A stretch of 64,000 nucleotides of DNA from Yuukianura sp. NJ FZ-2021 (lineage: Eukaryota): assembly GCA_046563655.1 (NCBI GenBank), contig CM102286.1, forward strand, positions 2,480,001 through 2,544,000, given 5' to 3'. The notes beneath the pieces are model-generated. The model was given only the letters and a program-made list of their open reading frames with translations, did not search any database and was not told the origin of the DNA. Below are positions 49,877 through 63,809 of the stretch, in pieces. A program made the position numbers and the translations under genes. How positions within the stretch are numbered: the stretch's first letter is position 1; every line of letters begins with the position of its first letter.

Positions 49877-52800
49877 AAAAATATTTTTAAAAAATCGGTT
49901 TTCGACAAACAAAATTGCTCAGTGGAAAAACAAAACAAAAAATTTCAAGTAGCAAATTTGAGATCTGAAGGTTTTTGTCAATGCTTTTACCAAATAGTTC
50001 TCTAAAATTGTCGTTTTTTAGTATTGGTTTAGTGCATTTAAAGCACTTTAGTGCAAAAGGCTCTCGTTTGGTAGTTTTTTATACCTACAGTTTTAATTTT
50101 TGAATGTTTTTGAATATGAAAGTAAAGTGGGCACCGGATGTTTTAAATGACTTTCTTATTGTCCAATTTGGAACGAACACAGAATATTAATTACAGCAAT
50201 TAAGAAAACAAATCTGAGCACGAGTTTTTGAGTAAAAATAGGAAATACCAAGTGCAAAGTACGTTTGAAATAATGAGTAAAAAGTATTCTGGAACACGAA
50301 AAGAACAATGCAAATATTTTTCAATGTTTATTTATTTTCGAAAATTAGTTTGTAGAATGTGGAAATTAAACTCAAATTCAAAATAACTTTTAATTGATCG
50401 TTGACATCAATTTTTGACTTTATGACTCCCACTTTTACTTAAAAATAAGGTGACTCAATGCTAAAGGCTGTTGAACGGCCTTGACCTTTTACATTATCAA
50501 AATTAATTTTCGCATGTTTTTGTTGTTGCACCTTTCATGCTTTTCTCCTTGTAGAAACTGTTACAGTATGCAAGTGCTAGTATTGTTTTAGGTGAGGAAA
50601 ATTCTTGTAACTTTCTCCAACAGCATTTTGGTGAAAGCGTGGGCAAGAACAAGTACAGATATCAAATTAAAAAGTGTCGAAAACAAACCCCTGAATGGAA
50701 GCCGTTGAGTGGAGAAGTTGTGGAACGGTGAAGTAACAGACGAAGTGAAAAGTTGAATAAATTATCATGGAGTTTTAACTGAATGTTTTTACCCTTGAAA
50801 TTCAAAATTTGTTAACTGAGCCTAATTTTATAATTTTTGTTTGTGGATTTTCGCCTTACTTGTATCCTATTTCGACTTACCTGCTTCTTATTTATTGTTT
50901 TCGACAAAATGTTCCACAACACTAACCTGCCTGACGTTGACGTGTTTTGCTTATTGTTTTTCCATCTTCTGCGTAGCAATGCGCAGAATTTAGGCTCGAG
51001 TGAGAGCGTGAAATTGCCAGGTTCAGCGTAGTAAAAGCGCCAGTGGAAAGTGACTTTGAATTGAATTACAAAAGTGTCACCTTGATGGGTGGAGTAATTT
51101 CTAATTAATTTCCCTAGTGAAGGGAAGTTCAGAGAGGCACAGGAGGCGTCTGGTCCTAATTAAGCAGATGGAACTTAATTACACTCTGCACAGGGGAGCT
51201 GTATAAGGACAGCAGTGGTGCAATTCGGACTTGTTAGGCTAAAACCTTACGGTTAGGCTAAAAACCTAAAGCTTAGGTTGTGGAAATGAAAGTACGGAAA
51301 ACCACATATCCGTCCTTCACTCAATCCTAACTGGCTACTTCTGTTACAAAATTTAACCTAAATTTCTAAAGCTTCTAATGTTTTTAGACAAAATTTTCCA
51401 TTTTCCAATTAAAACTAGAGGCGTTGGAATGTAAGCGTTGGAAAGTAAGCAAAATTAATCTCATTTCAAAATATTTGTTTGATCTTTCCCTCAGACTCTA
51501 ATTGATCTTTGCCACTTAAATCCAACGCAGAAGGAATATAGAATTAGACCTATCGATTCCTAAAGTTCACCTTATCCTGTTTCAGCTGAAGTTTAGCCTT
51601 ACAATGTTAGGTTTACGTTAGGTTTGTTAGGTTGGAGTACGAAATGTTGGTGGTGGTGACACTTGGGCTGGAAGGGATTTCGGATTTAGGAGAGCGATGA
51701 TTGTGAGGGTTAGAAAATCTTGGAGCTTCCAGGAAATGAAGTGCCAATTTGTTCCAAAAATCTAGTCGCTGCGTCTCCAATGCAAGACAAGACCAGTTTA
51801 CTGAGAGAAAATTGAAAGTTCAAATTTTACCGCCAGAATTCTTGCCCGTGTTTGCAAAAAACGGGAGAAACACCGAGGAATGAAAGACTCGAACGGGAAC
51901 GGTATACTTTCGTTTTGGAATTTTGGAATTTTGGAATTTTTCGACACATAAGTAGATTTTTTTGCGATTTTTAGCAAAACAGGGCTTTCACCTTCAAAAA
52001 ATTTATAACATCATGATTTCTACGCGAACAATTTTAAATTTGACGCCAATTTCTTTTTTCTTTTTTTTTTTTCCACATTTTTACAAAATTCCGACCCAGT
52101 TCTCGCCAAATCACAAAATTGTTGACAGCATTTTTTGATTTGTGAAATGGGCGAACCGCGAACATGAGGCAATCTTCAAAGTCTCCCGAGTCTTGTTTAA
52201 AGACAAAAACGGTTTTCAGTTGCCGAAAGCGAGAAGCGCGCGAAAATTTGAAAATGTAGCAGATTTTGATTTCTGTTGCTGATTCAACGTCCTCAGCGTG
52301 TTGTTGATCCTGATTGAGAACTCCGGAGACATCATATTTCAGCTTCAGAGATTCCGTGTTTGTGAGGCCGTGAAAAGACACACTGGATTTGATTTTTCAG
52401 TTCACGTCCGATCACTTCCTTTAGTCGTCTTACTTCCCACGGCTTCCCTCCATCTTCAAAATCAAAATCGCTCAACCAAAACTCCAGCCAAATGTGTCCC
52501 AAGTCGTGCTCGACACCGCCTCCAATGCTGCAGAATTCAAATGCTGGCGGTCGTTTGGGACTTCATCCCTGGAAAAGTAACTTTCAAGTGCGAAATAGAT
52601 GAACAATTTGTCCAAAAAAAAGCGGCTTCAGCAGAATGCTATTTTAGTAGTTTTTGGATTGAAACTTTACAAGAGAAAATTGAAGTGGAGAAAGAGAATT
52701 GAATTTTGAGAGAGAAAGTTTGGTGCAAGATGGAAAACGTGTGAATAAGATAGCTACGGAAAAGACTAGAAAAGATTAGAGTCATTTCGAAAGACTTAAA

Positions 52801-55800
52801 TTTTGAAATTGCCTCCAAGGCGTTTTCAAAAGTTGTGCTGTTTTGACTTTGATGTTCCAATTCAAGGCAATCATATTTGAAAACTTCATATATTATAGTC
52901 TTAGTCCCAAAGTTGAAACATTATGGGCTCAGTCCCATACAGTTTACTATTGTTATTCGAAAATGTCTAAAAGCGCAAACATCATTTCCTCACCCTAGAG
53001 CTTAACAAAATTAGATTTTCAATTTGAATTACACGCGCATATTTTGTTTTCACTTCAAATATTCTCTCCAGGAGAAACTCAAAATTTAAATCGAAAATGA
53101 ACAATTTATCTTCGTTCCCGCCGTATCCTCAATATTTACTTTTATTTATTTTAAGGCGTCAAACACATAAAAAGAGATTGTGACTCTGTGTCCTTCTCTG
53201 CGAGTGAACCAAACCTCCATAACACTACCATTTTCGGATTTCTTTTATTTCAAACACGGTGCTACACTGTGAAATGTAATGGAAAGAAAAAGTTCTGTCT
53301 TTTAAACTAGACCCAAAATTTTTTTCATCCGGATTTTTTTTTCAAATTTTTCGATAAATGTTGTTTCTGTCCTTTTCACCTTTTTACGTATATTTTAAGC
53401 CTTATCCAATCGTTTCCTGCAAAGAAAATGTTTTTTTTAACATAATTTGAAATTGTCTTTTGTCCAAAATTCGAAAGCCAACCGTGAAAACGCTGCCGAA
53501 AGGCAACGGATTGGCTAGTTCATTATAAATAAAATTAAATCGTGATATGCATGTCTTGTTAGTAGTCTAACATAGCTTTCATAGTTATAAAAATACAATA
53601 AGTTTTTTATAGTGTTGAATAAATTTATGAATTAAATAAGGGTAGCCATTAGTGACTCATTTGGAAACTGATGGCGATCAGCTTTGCTTTACATAAATCA
53701 GGAGTTTTAGCAAACGTTTTTTTAGTTTTAAGGATTTTTTCAAAGTTTTTGCTAAATCCTGCCTAATCCTGGACAAAATTGGAATTTGTATATACAAAAT
53801 AGAAAATTGGTGGCTAGTGTGGATGTAATCGAATTGCTAACAAAGCCCTTGACGACGATGACACTAATTTTGGCAAATGCTGGCAACTCCCAATCTAATC
53901 TGTCTTAGTGGCCACTTTAACCAGACGTTGTTTTCCAACTTCGACGGATTAGAGCTGAAGTGGGTTCGGAATTTTCCAAAATGCTTTCTCTTTCCCGCTC
54001 CTGTTCAAAAACATAAGTTGTACAATACACATTTTCCAAATTAAAAGTATCCTTGATGGTTTCAGTTTCTATTTGGATGTGATCCAGTTTGAAAAAGCAG
54101 GAAATTGTTGCCCTTAGAATGTCAGCGGTTGAATTTGAAATTACTTTGGAGAAAAGCTGTACTAGGGCCAAGGGCTTCTAAGAAAGTTAGGTTATGTACT
54201 TGACGATTACTACACTGTAACGTGTACAATGAACGTAACCTAACGTAATATCATTTTGAGAGAAGAAATTGGATCCCATTCGAGTATGTACAAGGGCACA
54301 ACGACTTCATTAACGTAATGGGAATTGGTTGTATATCTTCATCGCCCTCCTAAAACCAAAACACGAAGGAAATAGGATTCCCGCCAGAAAAAAAAACATG
54401 AGCCAAGCACTTCCAAAAATGAAATCAAGCAAAATCCCTTTAGCTACAAAAAATTTGATACATTTTTTCAAAAAAGAACACACAACAAAGACCAATTTTG
54501 TGCTCAAATTACATCATTATCCAAATTTTGATTTTTTCAGCACCAAAGTTTCAAAATATCACCACTTTTTGACGTAATTTTTATTCATAAAAACGGTAGT
54601 ATAAAAACGATTTAAGTAGGTAACATTGATGTGCAAAAATAAAAAATTTCTAAACATTTGGGATTTTAAAGTTTTCCAAAGCTACAGCTTAGACCAACCG
54701 TAAAATTTAAAAATTCCAAAAATCCTGCATACATTTCAAACTTTTTTGCTCAAATCTTTTCAAAATGAAATCCGCTTTCTTCGGAGCTTTCGTCCTTAAG
54801 ACAAAGTTTTCCTTTCTCCGTTATTCTCAAAACTCCGTTATGCTTTTCCTAAGATTTTGATTCAGTTTTGTGCAAACAATTGTGATTGAATTTGGGTCCT
54901 CCCGCCTTAAAAACTCCTTCTTTCAGTTCCATGAATAATGGCAAAAGTTTTGCATTTCAAAGGGATTTTGCTTTAACCTCAACCAAATTTCCATACGTAT
55001 TACTTTCTCATATGAACAGCTCAAGAAGTTCCTTTTACGGTTTGTTGACTTTTAATTAATCGTTCGTCTTGTTCCGCCCATCTCTGTTATTTCAACCACC
55101 GACGTTTGCTCAAAACTCGATTACTTCTTAAGATATTTTCAACAAGTGGCCAATATTGGAATCAAGTGAAAACGTTGTGCCAAATGACAAAATGAAAGGC
55201 AGAATCTAACCTGACCAAAGACTTACTGTAGTGTAAATGGAAATGAAGATATTCAAAGGAGAGGAATAATTGTAGCAGAAAAGACACGAGATTATAAGTT
55301 TGCTTTGCCTTTAGTGTGGTTTAGCAGTGGTAAATTATGGCTTTTGTCTATGGAGAAAGTCGGCCTCAAAAACCACAAAAGCCCACCATCATCTTTCTCT
55401 AAAATGGCTACGAACGCAACGTCTTTTGGTCTTTTTGTGGAGAAGATCATCTTAATCTTATAAAGAGAATTTTCAAACTTTCACTCAACTGGTTTTAATA
55501 AGACATTCAGAGTCTTTTAGATAGTAACAAAGCAGAAGTGAATAGAAGAGTAACTGAAATTATCAAAAGCAGTAAACAAAAAACTAGATGGAGCACTATA
55601 AAATTCAAATTTGCTGCTTTGAATTTGGTTTTAGTTTTATGATCTATTTGTTTAGAATTCGTTTTGCACAAATTTAAATTTACCAAAATGAAAGCATTTT
55701 CATTTTGTAATTCAACTTAAAATCTGCCACAAAGAAATGAAGATAATTTAAAGAGAAAGTTTGGAAAATTTTTGTTCCCTTTTTTAAAATTAACGTTTTT

Positions 55801-57840
55801 CGCAGAAACGGCTAAAATGGATCACGTTTTTGCAAATTTTGAATTTTTTTTTGAAAAGTTATTTTAAAATGGATTTCGGAAAAACTTCAGAAATATGTTT
55901 GAACAAGGACACTGGAACTTATCCAGACAGGAACACCGTTTTTGAAAAGTACGACTTTATGCAGGGGGAAAGTGTATAAAGTGAGGGAAATTTTGAAAGT
56001 TCCCAAGGCGGGAGGGGAGGATTAGAACTTTTTTTTTAAAAAAAAGTTTGTTCGGTCAAATGGAGAGAATTTAATTTAGTTGAGACTTTCTCCCTGGAGC
56101 TTTTGAGACGCAAATCCAGTTGTGCAACTAACCTTTTGTTCTACTCACCTAGCATGACCTCCAAGTTCCTTTAAAATGGAAACCTCTTTTTAAAAATATG
56201 ACGTTGTGCGTTATGCAATCTTCAAAACGAACAACGGAGACGTGCAAAAACTATAATAAATACAAAAACTTGAAAACAATTTTCAAAAGTTGGTTAAAAA
56301 GTTAAAATCCAAAAACTCTTTTGCATCATTTCCAACACGGATTTTAAGAAATTAAAAGATTTTTGAAAAAGTTTTTGATACTAAATCCGGCCCAGAAAAT
56401 TTGAATTTCTCAAAAGCTTATTCTAATTTTTTTTGTAGATCTAAAAATTTTTGAAATTTGAAAAATTGCTTTACATAACCCGACAGATAACTTGTAAAAC
56501 AAAACTGATTTGATTTGAGCAATCTCTTGAGAAATCCTTCTGCTTTTGAATAAGAAAAATTGCAATTTGTGTAACGTAGGTAAGAAGTATCAATTTCGAT
56601 GGTCGTTAAAAATTTGTATTCTTGTTTGAGCTCTCGACGCAGACGTGTCTTTGGGCTCCTCATTTATTCACAGTTTTGGAGTCAAAAGAGAAAGTTTCGA
56701 ACATAAAAGTTTTGACAGTTTGCTGGAAACTTTTTAAAAAAGGAAAAGAAGGGAGCCAAAGCCTCCCTTGCCTTTCAAGTTTTCCTGAAATTTAGAAAAA
56801 AAACCTCTTTGCTTTCAAAAGAAAGTTTTCATATTTGCATAGGAACTCGTCCGCTAAAGTGGTCTTTAATAAGAGATCACTTTGACCTGGAAGGTCAATC
56901 CATTTTTCCTTGAGAAAGTAACTGAGGTAAGATCAGCCTAACCTAAGATCACTCCAGAGCAACGTGCCTTCCAGCATCTTCTTTTCACACTTCCCAGGAG
57001 ACTTCAAAAAACTTCAAGTCGAGACTGCAACTTTATGATGCCAGGGCAGTCATGCACGGTCACTCGTGTACCTATCATGTATGATTGATTTACAGTTCAT
57101 GCAATCTAGCCCAAGGTTGTTTAAATCGAAATTTTGTTTGTTTTTTCTTAACAGGTTATACCATAACTTATTTTTTTCAAATTTCCAAATTTTTGGACCA
57201 CACATCTGACGCAGCTCCGTGGCTTTAGCAATTTGAAATCAAGAGTATGACTCAGCAAAATGAAAATTAAAAAAAAATTAAAAAGGTATTCGGGAAAACA
57301 AACAAAATTGGTCTTAAAGTTGTTTTCTCGTGATTTAAAAAAAATCGGAGTTATTGCATAACCTGTTAACAAATTTGTATACATGGGCGCTAAAGTAACC
57401 TTGATCTAGCCTAAATATTGGAATTTATTAATTAATTTTCCAAAAAACTGTTGTGAAAGGGTACACATTTTATGAATGTAGTCTGTACATAAGTTTCCGT
57501 CCACAAGTCTCCGGTTATGGAAACATGACAGCTTGACTGGAAGGAAAGTGATCCTGATTCGCTTCAGTGGAGATGGCCATGTACGGAGTCCTTTGAGAAT
57601 CGAGACGACGCTTCTCACTTTCACTGCTTTCACCAAAATGACCAAATCAACCAACTGGAAAAAGTTTGACCCTTGACCTCTACACGTTCATTCTATCAAA
57701 AAAAAATCAGTGCCCAAGTGTGAAAAAGAATTTCAAATAGACTTTTTCCACTGCCTGACTTAAGATTTTCTAAATAAAGAAACATCAAATTTTTAGCTCC
57801 GTTTTTAGTTGTGTTCTTTGTTGAATTTGAAGTTTATGCA

Positions 57841-58194
57841 TCAAGTTTGCAAATAATTGTTTTGAAAACGTCGCAACTTTTCTACGTCTTGTGCTAACTG
57901 ATGTCCTTCAATATTCTGGTTTATTTTTTGTAACAGTGGCTTTTTGACAGCTTTATCTTTGTCATTAGCATCCACGGTTTGGTGGAAAAATGAGTCACTG
58001 TAATTTCTTGGAATTTTTTGCATCTAAGGCTTTTACATTTCATGTTCGCGATTGCACTTAACTTATCAAATGAACTTTCTGCGAATTTTGTCGAAAATAT
58101 TTTTTTTAATATTAAGTACAATTAGTGCTAAGTTAAAGCCTGCTCGTCTCATTTCATATGGACTTGTGATCGTGTCATCCTTGACGTCAATCAT
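57841..58194 (-). CDS. Possible small two-exon gene (58194-58120, 58023-57841; 85 aa), unknown product
   Basis: ATG..LALI|gtactt, 96-nt intron, ttag|MQKIPRNY..LQT* joins in phase 0 to give a hydrophilic protein-like sequence. No recognisable motif. Confidence 0.22.
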
Positions 58195-59196
58195 ACTCAA
58201 TTAATCTTCATGGTCCCATTAAAACACTACCTTCAAATGCACAATTTTACTATTAAATTTTTCAGTGTAAATGTGAAATTTATATGTACAGAAGAAACAA
58301 TACTCTGTCCAAACTATTCTAAAAGTTTAAACAAAACTGGCTTTTAAAATGATAACATATTTTAACGTCTACTTCGTTGTATTATAGCAAAAATATTAGT
58401 TTTAGATTAGACATTTTAAACACACGCTTTAACGTTTCATGTTTAGGTCAATAGGGCAATCACTCGCATGACGCAAATGTTAGACTCGGAAAAACGTAAA
58501 CGTATCGGTTTTATTTTGCGTTTTTGCAAATTTTTGTTTCATCTTTTGTATAAACGTCAATACGAAAGTAGTGAATTCCTGACGCGTCATAAACAGTAAG
58601 GGAAGAACGTTGCATATATGTTTCTCATATTTAAAAGTTTGATTGATGGACCTATTTTGCACACTGATTCCTGGATTCTAGAAGACGTTTGAACGGCGCC
58701 AAGAGCTGACCTTTCCACTGTACGAGAGGTCAAAGGTTAACGTAGGTTATCACCTTCCAGCATCCCCCTAAGTGTCAACATGTTTTCTCTGTACACAGGG
58801 AAGCTTTTTACACCAAGATTTCTTGAGTCCGTACATTATCTTCACGGTAAAAGTGTCATAACACAAACTTTTTCTACGTCACAAATCTAAGCCTACGTAC
58901 AACCTAACTTTGAAATTATAGAATTTAAGTTCTAATTTAAAATAAGAGGGAAGAGACGCTGTTGGAGATAAGGACGCTTCAAGATCATCTCTGCCCTCCA
59001 TCCCTCCTGGACCAACCTAAAAATTAAACTTTGCATTTCAGTCCAAAGACAGTGGAATCTTTTATCAACATCAGTTACATTCGTGACTTGGCTTTTGCTA
59101 AATGTTAGTTGCACAATTGAACTTGTAGTTATCCCGGAATAGTCGTTGGATAGCAACAGAAATTTGCTAAAGTTTGAAATTTTTGAAAAAGGAACA

Positions 59197-62100
59197 ATGA
59201 AATCGTGTATCTTAACTTTTGTGGTGCTAAGCGCATGCGCCGTGTTGGTTCCAATTTTAGTTGATGCTTGTACTGAACTTGAGTTTGAGTGTAACAATGG
59301 GCAGTGTATTCGCAACTCGTTCATGTGTGATCAAGAACAGTAAGACAAAAAATTCAAAATTTTGAAACATTGGTTTTTAAATTTTATTTTGAGTTTTAAA
59401 TAATAATTGCATAATGTACGCTTTAATTACTTCAAGCGACTGTGAGGATGGCTCAGACGAACTTGACTGTGGAGGTAACGCGAATTGAAACTTTTTTTTA
59501 AATATTTCAATTCATAGTTTCAAAAATTGAAGAGTTTTTTGCTATTTTTGTTTGCAGATACCTCCTGTACGGATGATCTTTTTAGATGTGGATCAGGAAG
59601 ATGTATACCTAAGGCATTTCACTGTGATGAAGGTGAAACAACGAACTTGAAAAACGTTCTTCTTTTTTCAAAAATTTACAGAAAACATAAAATGAAAAAA
59701 AAAATTTTTTTGAAGTTCGCGTTTAAAAAAATTGTTTTAAACAGAACCTGATTGCGATGATAACACAGACGAGGTCAATTGTACATATAGTCGTCCGTTG
59801 CTAAGAAACATAACGACGGTGCGTCCAGCAAAACCGCTTTATGGTACTTTTTCGCAAATTTAATATCAAATACCAAATTTTTTACATACAAATTTTGCAA
59901 AATTTTATTTTACGTCATTTTATTTGTACGCTTTTCAGGAAGGTGTGAAGACTGGCAATTTCAATGTACAAGTGGCTCTTGCATTCGGTATAATTCAAAA
60001 TTGATACGAAAATTTTGTTAACAAAATTTGTAACTCTCATGTCTAATGTTTGTTTTCAATTTAGCGGGACATATCAGTGTGACGATGACAGGTCCGAATT
60101 TTGCCTAACTTTCAAAATTTCAGAATTTGTTCCAAAAATTTTTTTGTACTTTAACAGAGATTGTACCGATGGTTCAGATGAAGTTGGATGTGAACCTTGC
60201 GTTTCAACAGCAAAACTGGAAGTAGGAAAACCGCCTTTTTGTAAAGTAAGGTTTTACCAAGGCTCTTCCCGAATTCGTAACGAAACTAACTGTATCACGG
60301 AAGATACTTTCTTGATCAAACCGGGACGTCTCACTCCACGTAAAATTTTAAGCTCCAATTTAACATTCAGATGAATAATTTAGAAAAGTTAAAATTTTAA
60401 AACATTTGTATTTTCTTTTTTTAAACGAAAAGATGATAGAAGGAGCTTTACGGAACTGAGGGTGAACTATGTAAGAATGAATTGCGAGTCATACCATCCG
60501 GTGAACTTTGAATTTGATGGAGTTGGAGTAAGCCATTTTTGAAAAAAAAAATGTAAACTTTGAGGTTTATTTTTTAAACACGACGCTTTTGACCTCCGGT
60601 GTTTTGCTTTTTGCAGTATATAGATCAAATTCGAGTCCACAGGTCGCAGAAAACGTTGACAGACATTAATAGCACAGTTGTACACAGCACGGATGTGACA
60701 ACAGTTGTAACGCCGCAGGCTACGGGACATTACATTTTTACCGAATTCCAACCAAACGAGTCAGAACCAGCAAAGTCAACGACCTTGTTCTTCTACTTTG
60801 AAAGTAGAGTTAAAAAGATATAATTTCAATTTCCAATTTCAATTTCAAGTTTCAAACAAAATACAAATTTCACAGGAAATTTTTAGCTACCGATTTTTTT
60901 TAATTTTCAGAGGAGCGGAAACCCTTTTTGATTGGCGCCGAACGAATTCAAAAAGCGAAGCGTATTCCGGGAGAAAGTCCAATCCTATTGCCCTGTGTTG
61001 CAGCAAAACTCAACGTTACAGTCCACTTGTTCCAGGAAATTAATGTAAGTTACTCAATTCTAACACGGTCAAAATTTATGTTAAATTTGTATATACAATA
61101 CATTTAGAAATGTAACTTTGAGCAACGTAACATTTTTCATAATAACGTTTGCAGGGAACCTGGAGCGCCGTGGAAAGTTCCAAGTACACGTATGACAGTC
61201 AGAGAGGATTCAAAATGACCGCTTCTGATGTAGTCGCTGGAAAGTACAAGTGCACAACCGATTCAAGCCTGACCTCTGACCTTGACTCAGTAACTGTCGT
61301 AGTTGAAGAGAAAGTGGTAAATCCCCCTACAACTCCCGCCCAACCAAATTTGAAAATTGTGATTGGACGAGGACTTACCGCCACTTGCCACTCTATTGGG
61401 CCACTAAACGGCTCCAAGCTGGAGTTTACCAATGTTTATGCTGAAAATCCTTTGGATGCAAAGATTTTGACGGACTGTGTACTAAAGGTAGGGTGAACAG
61501 AAATTAACATACAACAAACGTCTAATGTTAGCCTACCTTAAGTAAACCTTTTGTATAGGGTGCACATACTTGCGGCTCCTACGGAATTGTGCGGAACCAT
61601 TACCCAATAATGGATGACATCAAATGTCGGCATTACGGGCAAAAGACGATGTGTAAACATTTATCAGAAATTTACTCACAAGGTGTCCTCATTTGCCAAT
61701 CAGAAACTGAACAAGTGACACAGCAGTACTTTACAGGCCTGGATGATGTCATCTGTAAGCAAACTTGTTGCTAAGTTAGCAATATCCGTGATCATAAAGT
61801 GTTAATAGCAAAACGTTTATGACAAATTTACTAAACAATTTCTGAATTGTCAGACACTGACTGGCGTATGGCTCCAAAATCATCGCTGATCCGAATTGAG
61901 ACTTTGACTAACGTAACAACTGGAATTTCTGGAAACAGTATGTCAGCCAAATGCGTTGGAATTAGTATGGTATTTGGTCGAAACGCCATTACATTTGAAA
62001 GTCGCTCAAATGGAACCGATGTGGTGACGAAACATAGCAATGGCGGATACCACACTTGGTCGTACACGTTACGTGAAAATATGACGCAATTCTTATGTTC

Positions 62101-63809
62101 CGACAATATTTGGCAAACTAACGACCGAGTCTGGAGTGACCCTATCAACATCACCGTCACTCCACGAAGTAAGAATAAAAGTAGAATTTCGTACCTATAT
62201 GATCAGCAAATTTTGTATAAGAGTAACTTTAATATTAATTTTCCACTAACATTTATTCGTAATTTAGTTATAGTTTGTGGTATTCTGGAACTGAAGTGCG
62301 CCAGTGGACAATGCGTGAGGTATCAAAAACTTCCTAAGTACATTCAAATTGCAACAAACTCTTCTTAAAAACTATAACATCTATGATATTTTTTGTATAT
62401 AGATCCAGTTACAGATGTGACGGCGACCGGTAAGCCAATCCCACTTAACATTTACCACATTTATCTGAGTTAAAACATTAACTTTTCCATTGGCTTTTTT
62501 CTTTAAAAATAATTTGTGTTGTTCGTACTTACAGTGACTGTTTAGATGGTACTGACGAGCTCAATTGTCCAAGCACGACTACGACTACAGCTGCACCTGA
62601 AACTACCGTTTCCTGTACATACCTTCAATTTACTTGTCACAGACATCGCTATGTCAACGAGTCTAGCGAAGCTTGTATCCCAGGTACGTATATTGAATCA
62701 TTCCTTTACTACGTAATTAGCTGAAGAGGAATGAGGAATAACTTTACCATAATCTAGGTACATTTACCACAGTTTTTTTCACTCATTTTTTTTTAATTTC
62801 AGTGGCGTATCGATGCGACGGAGACAAGTAAGTTGACCAAACACAAAATAACAACAAAATTTCCGAAGTTTGTCATAACTTTAGTGTACTATTTAAAAAA
62901 TTGCTGACTTTAATCATTGTAATTGTTTCAGAGATTGCGCAGATGGCGAAGATGAAGAGAATTGCCCATCAACAACCACAACCACTACTACAGAAGTTCC
63001 CATTGGTAGCTACAAATTTACAAAAGGCGCCAAATTCCAATACATTAATCGACTTAACCATGTGTAGTATAACATTTCAACTGTTTAGGTTGTGGACCAA
63101 GCATGTTCGAGTGCAACAATGGCGACTGTATCAGGTAAGGTAGCTTTTACCGACATAGTAACTTGGAACATGTTCTTTACTGACGTATGTGGCATGGGTA
63201 TATTAGAATACACTTTTTGGTATACATTGTGGGGGTATATTATGGTAATATTTTAGTATACATTATGTATTAGTATAAATGTATAATATTTGGATATATT
63301 TTAGGGCCTCATACAAATGTGACTTGATGAAAGACTGTAAAGACGGTTCGGATGAACACCCAATACAAGACTGTGGAAACATGACAACTGCTGCCCCACC
63401 GGCTCCACGAACTTTACCACCAGTACCGGAACCCGTTCCAGAACCGGTTCCAGAAAACAAGACCGATTCTTGGTTTAACTTTGACTCTAAATTTACGGCT
63501 GAACCTGAACCAGAATCGTCTTCAGCTGGAGCTACAGCTGGTATTATCATTGGAGGTAATTTCAAAAATTCAACTTCTACCACAATCATCGTAAGTTAAA
63601 AGTCACAGTCTCGATAGTGCAGCTTACAATTAAAGTTTTATTGTTTTGCAGTAATACTGGTCATTGCACTCATCTGTCTGGCAGGATATGTTGTGTATAC
63701 TCGATATTACCCGCACGTCACACTTCCGCGGAGAGGCGTGGCAACTACTGCTTCGAATATCAAGTATACGAATCCGACATGTGACCAGGAAGAAGTTCTT
63801 ATAGGTTAA
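59197..63809 (+). CDS. Type I membrane protein: signal peptide, 3 LDLa, Ig-like region (PVR/VEGFR-like), 3 LDLa with Thr-rich linkers, Pro-rich stalk, TM, short tail; ~21 exons
   Basis: Approximate exons: 59197-59339, 59437-59474, 59558-59632, 59745-59843, 59939-59987, 60065-60091, 60158-60339, 60433-60527, 60617-60802, 60911-61044, 61155-61487, 61559-61754, 61854-62168, 62274-62319, 62403-62429, 62535-62683, 62803-62827, 62932-63005, 63089-63134, 63305-63555, 63652-63809. Six C-x5-6-C-x4-11-C..CD..DCxDxxDE repeats, TM AGIIIGVILVIALICLAGYVVY, tail ending YTNPTCDQEEVLIG*. The 3' end could instead splice beyond the window. Confidence 0.85.
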
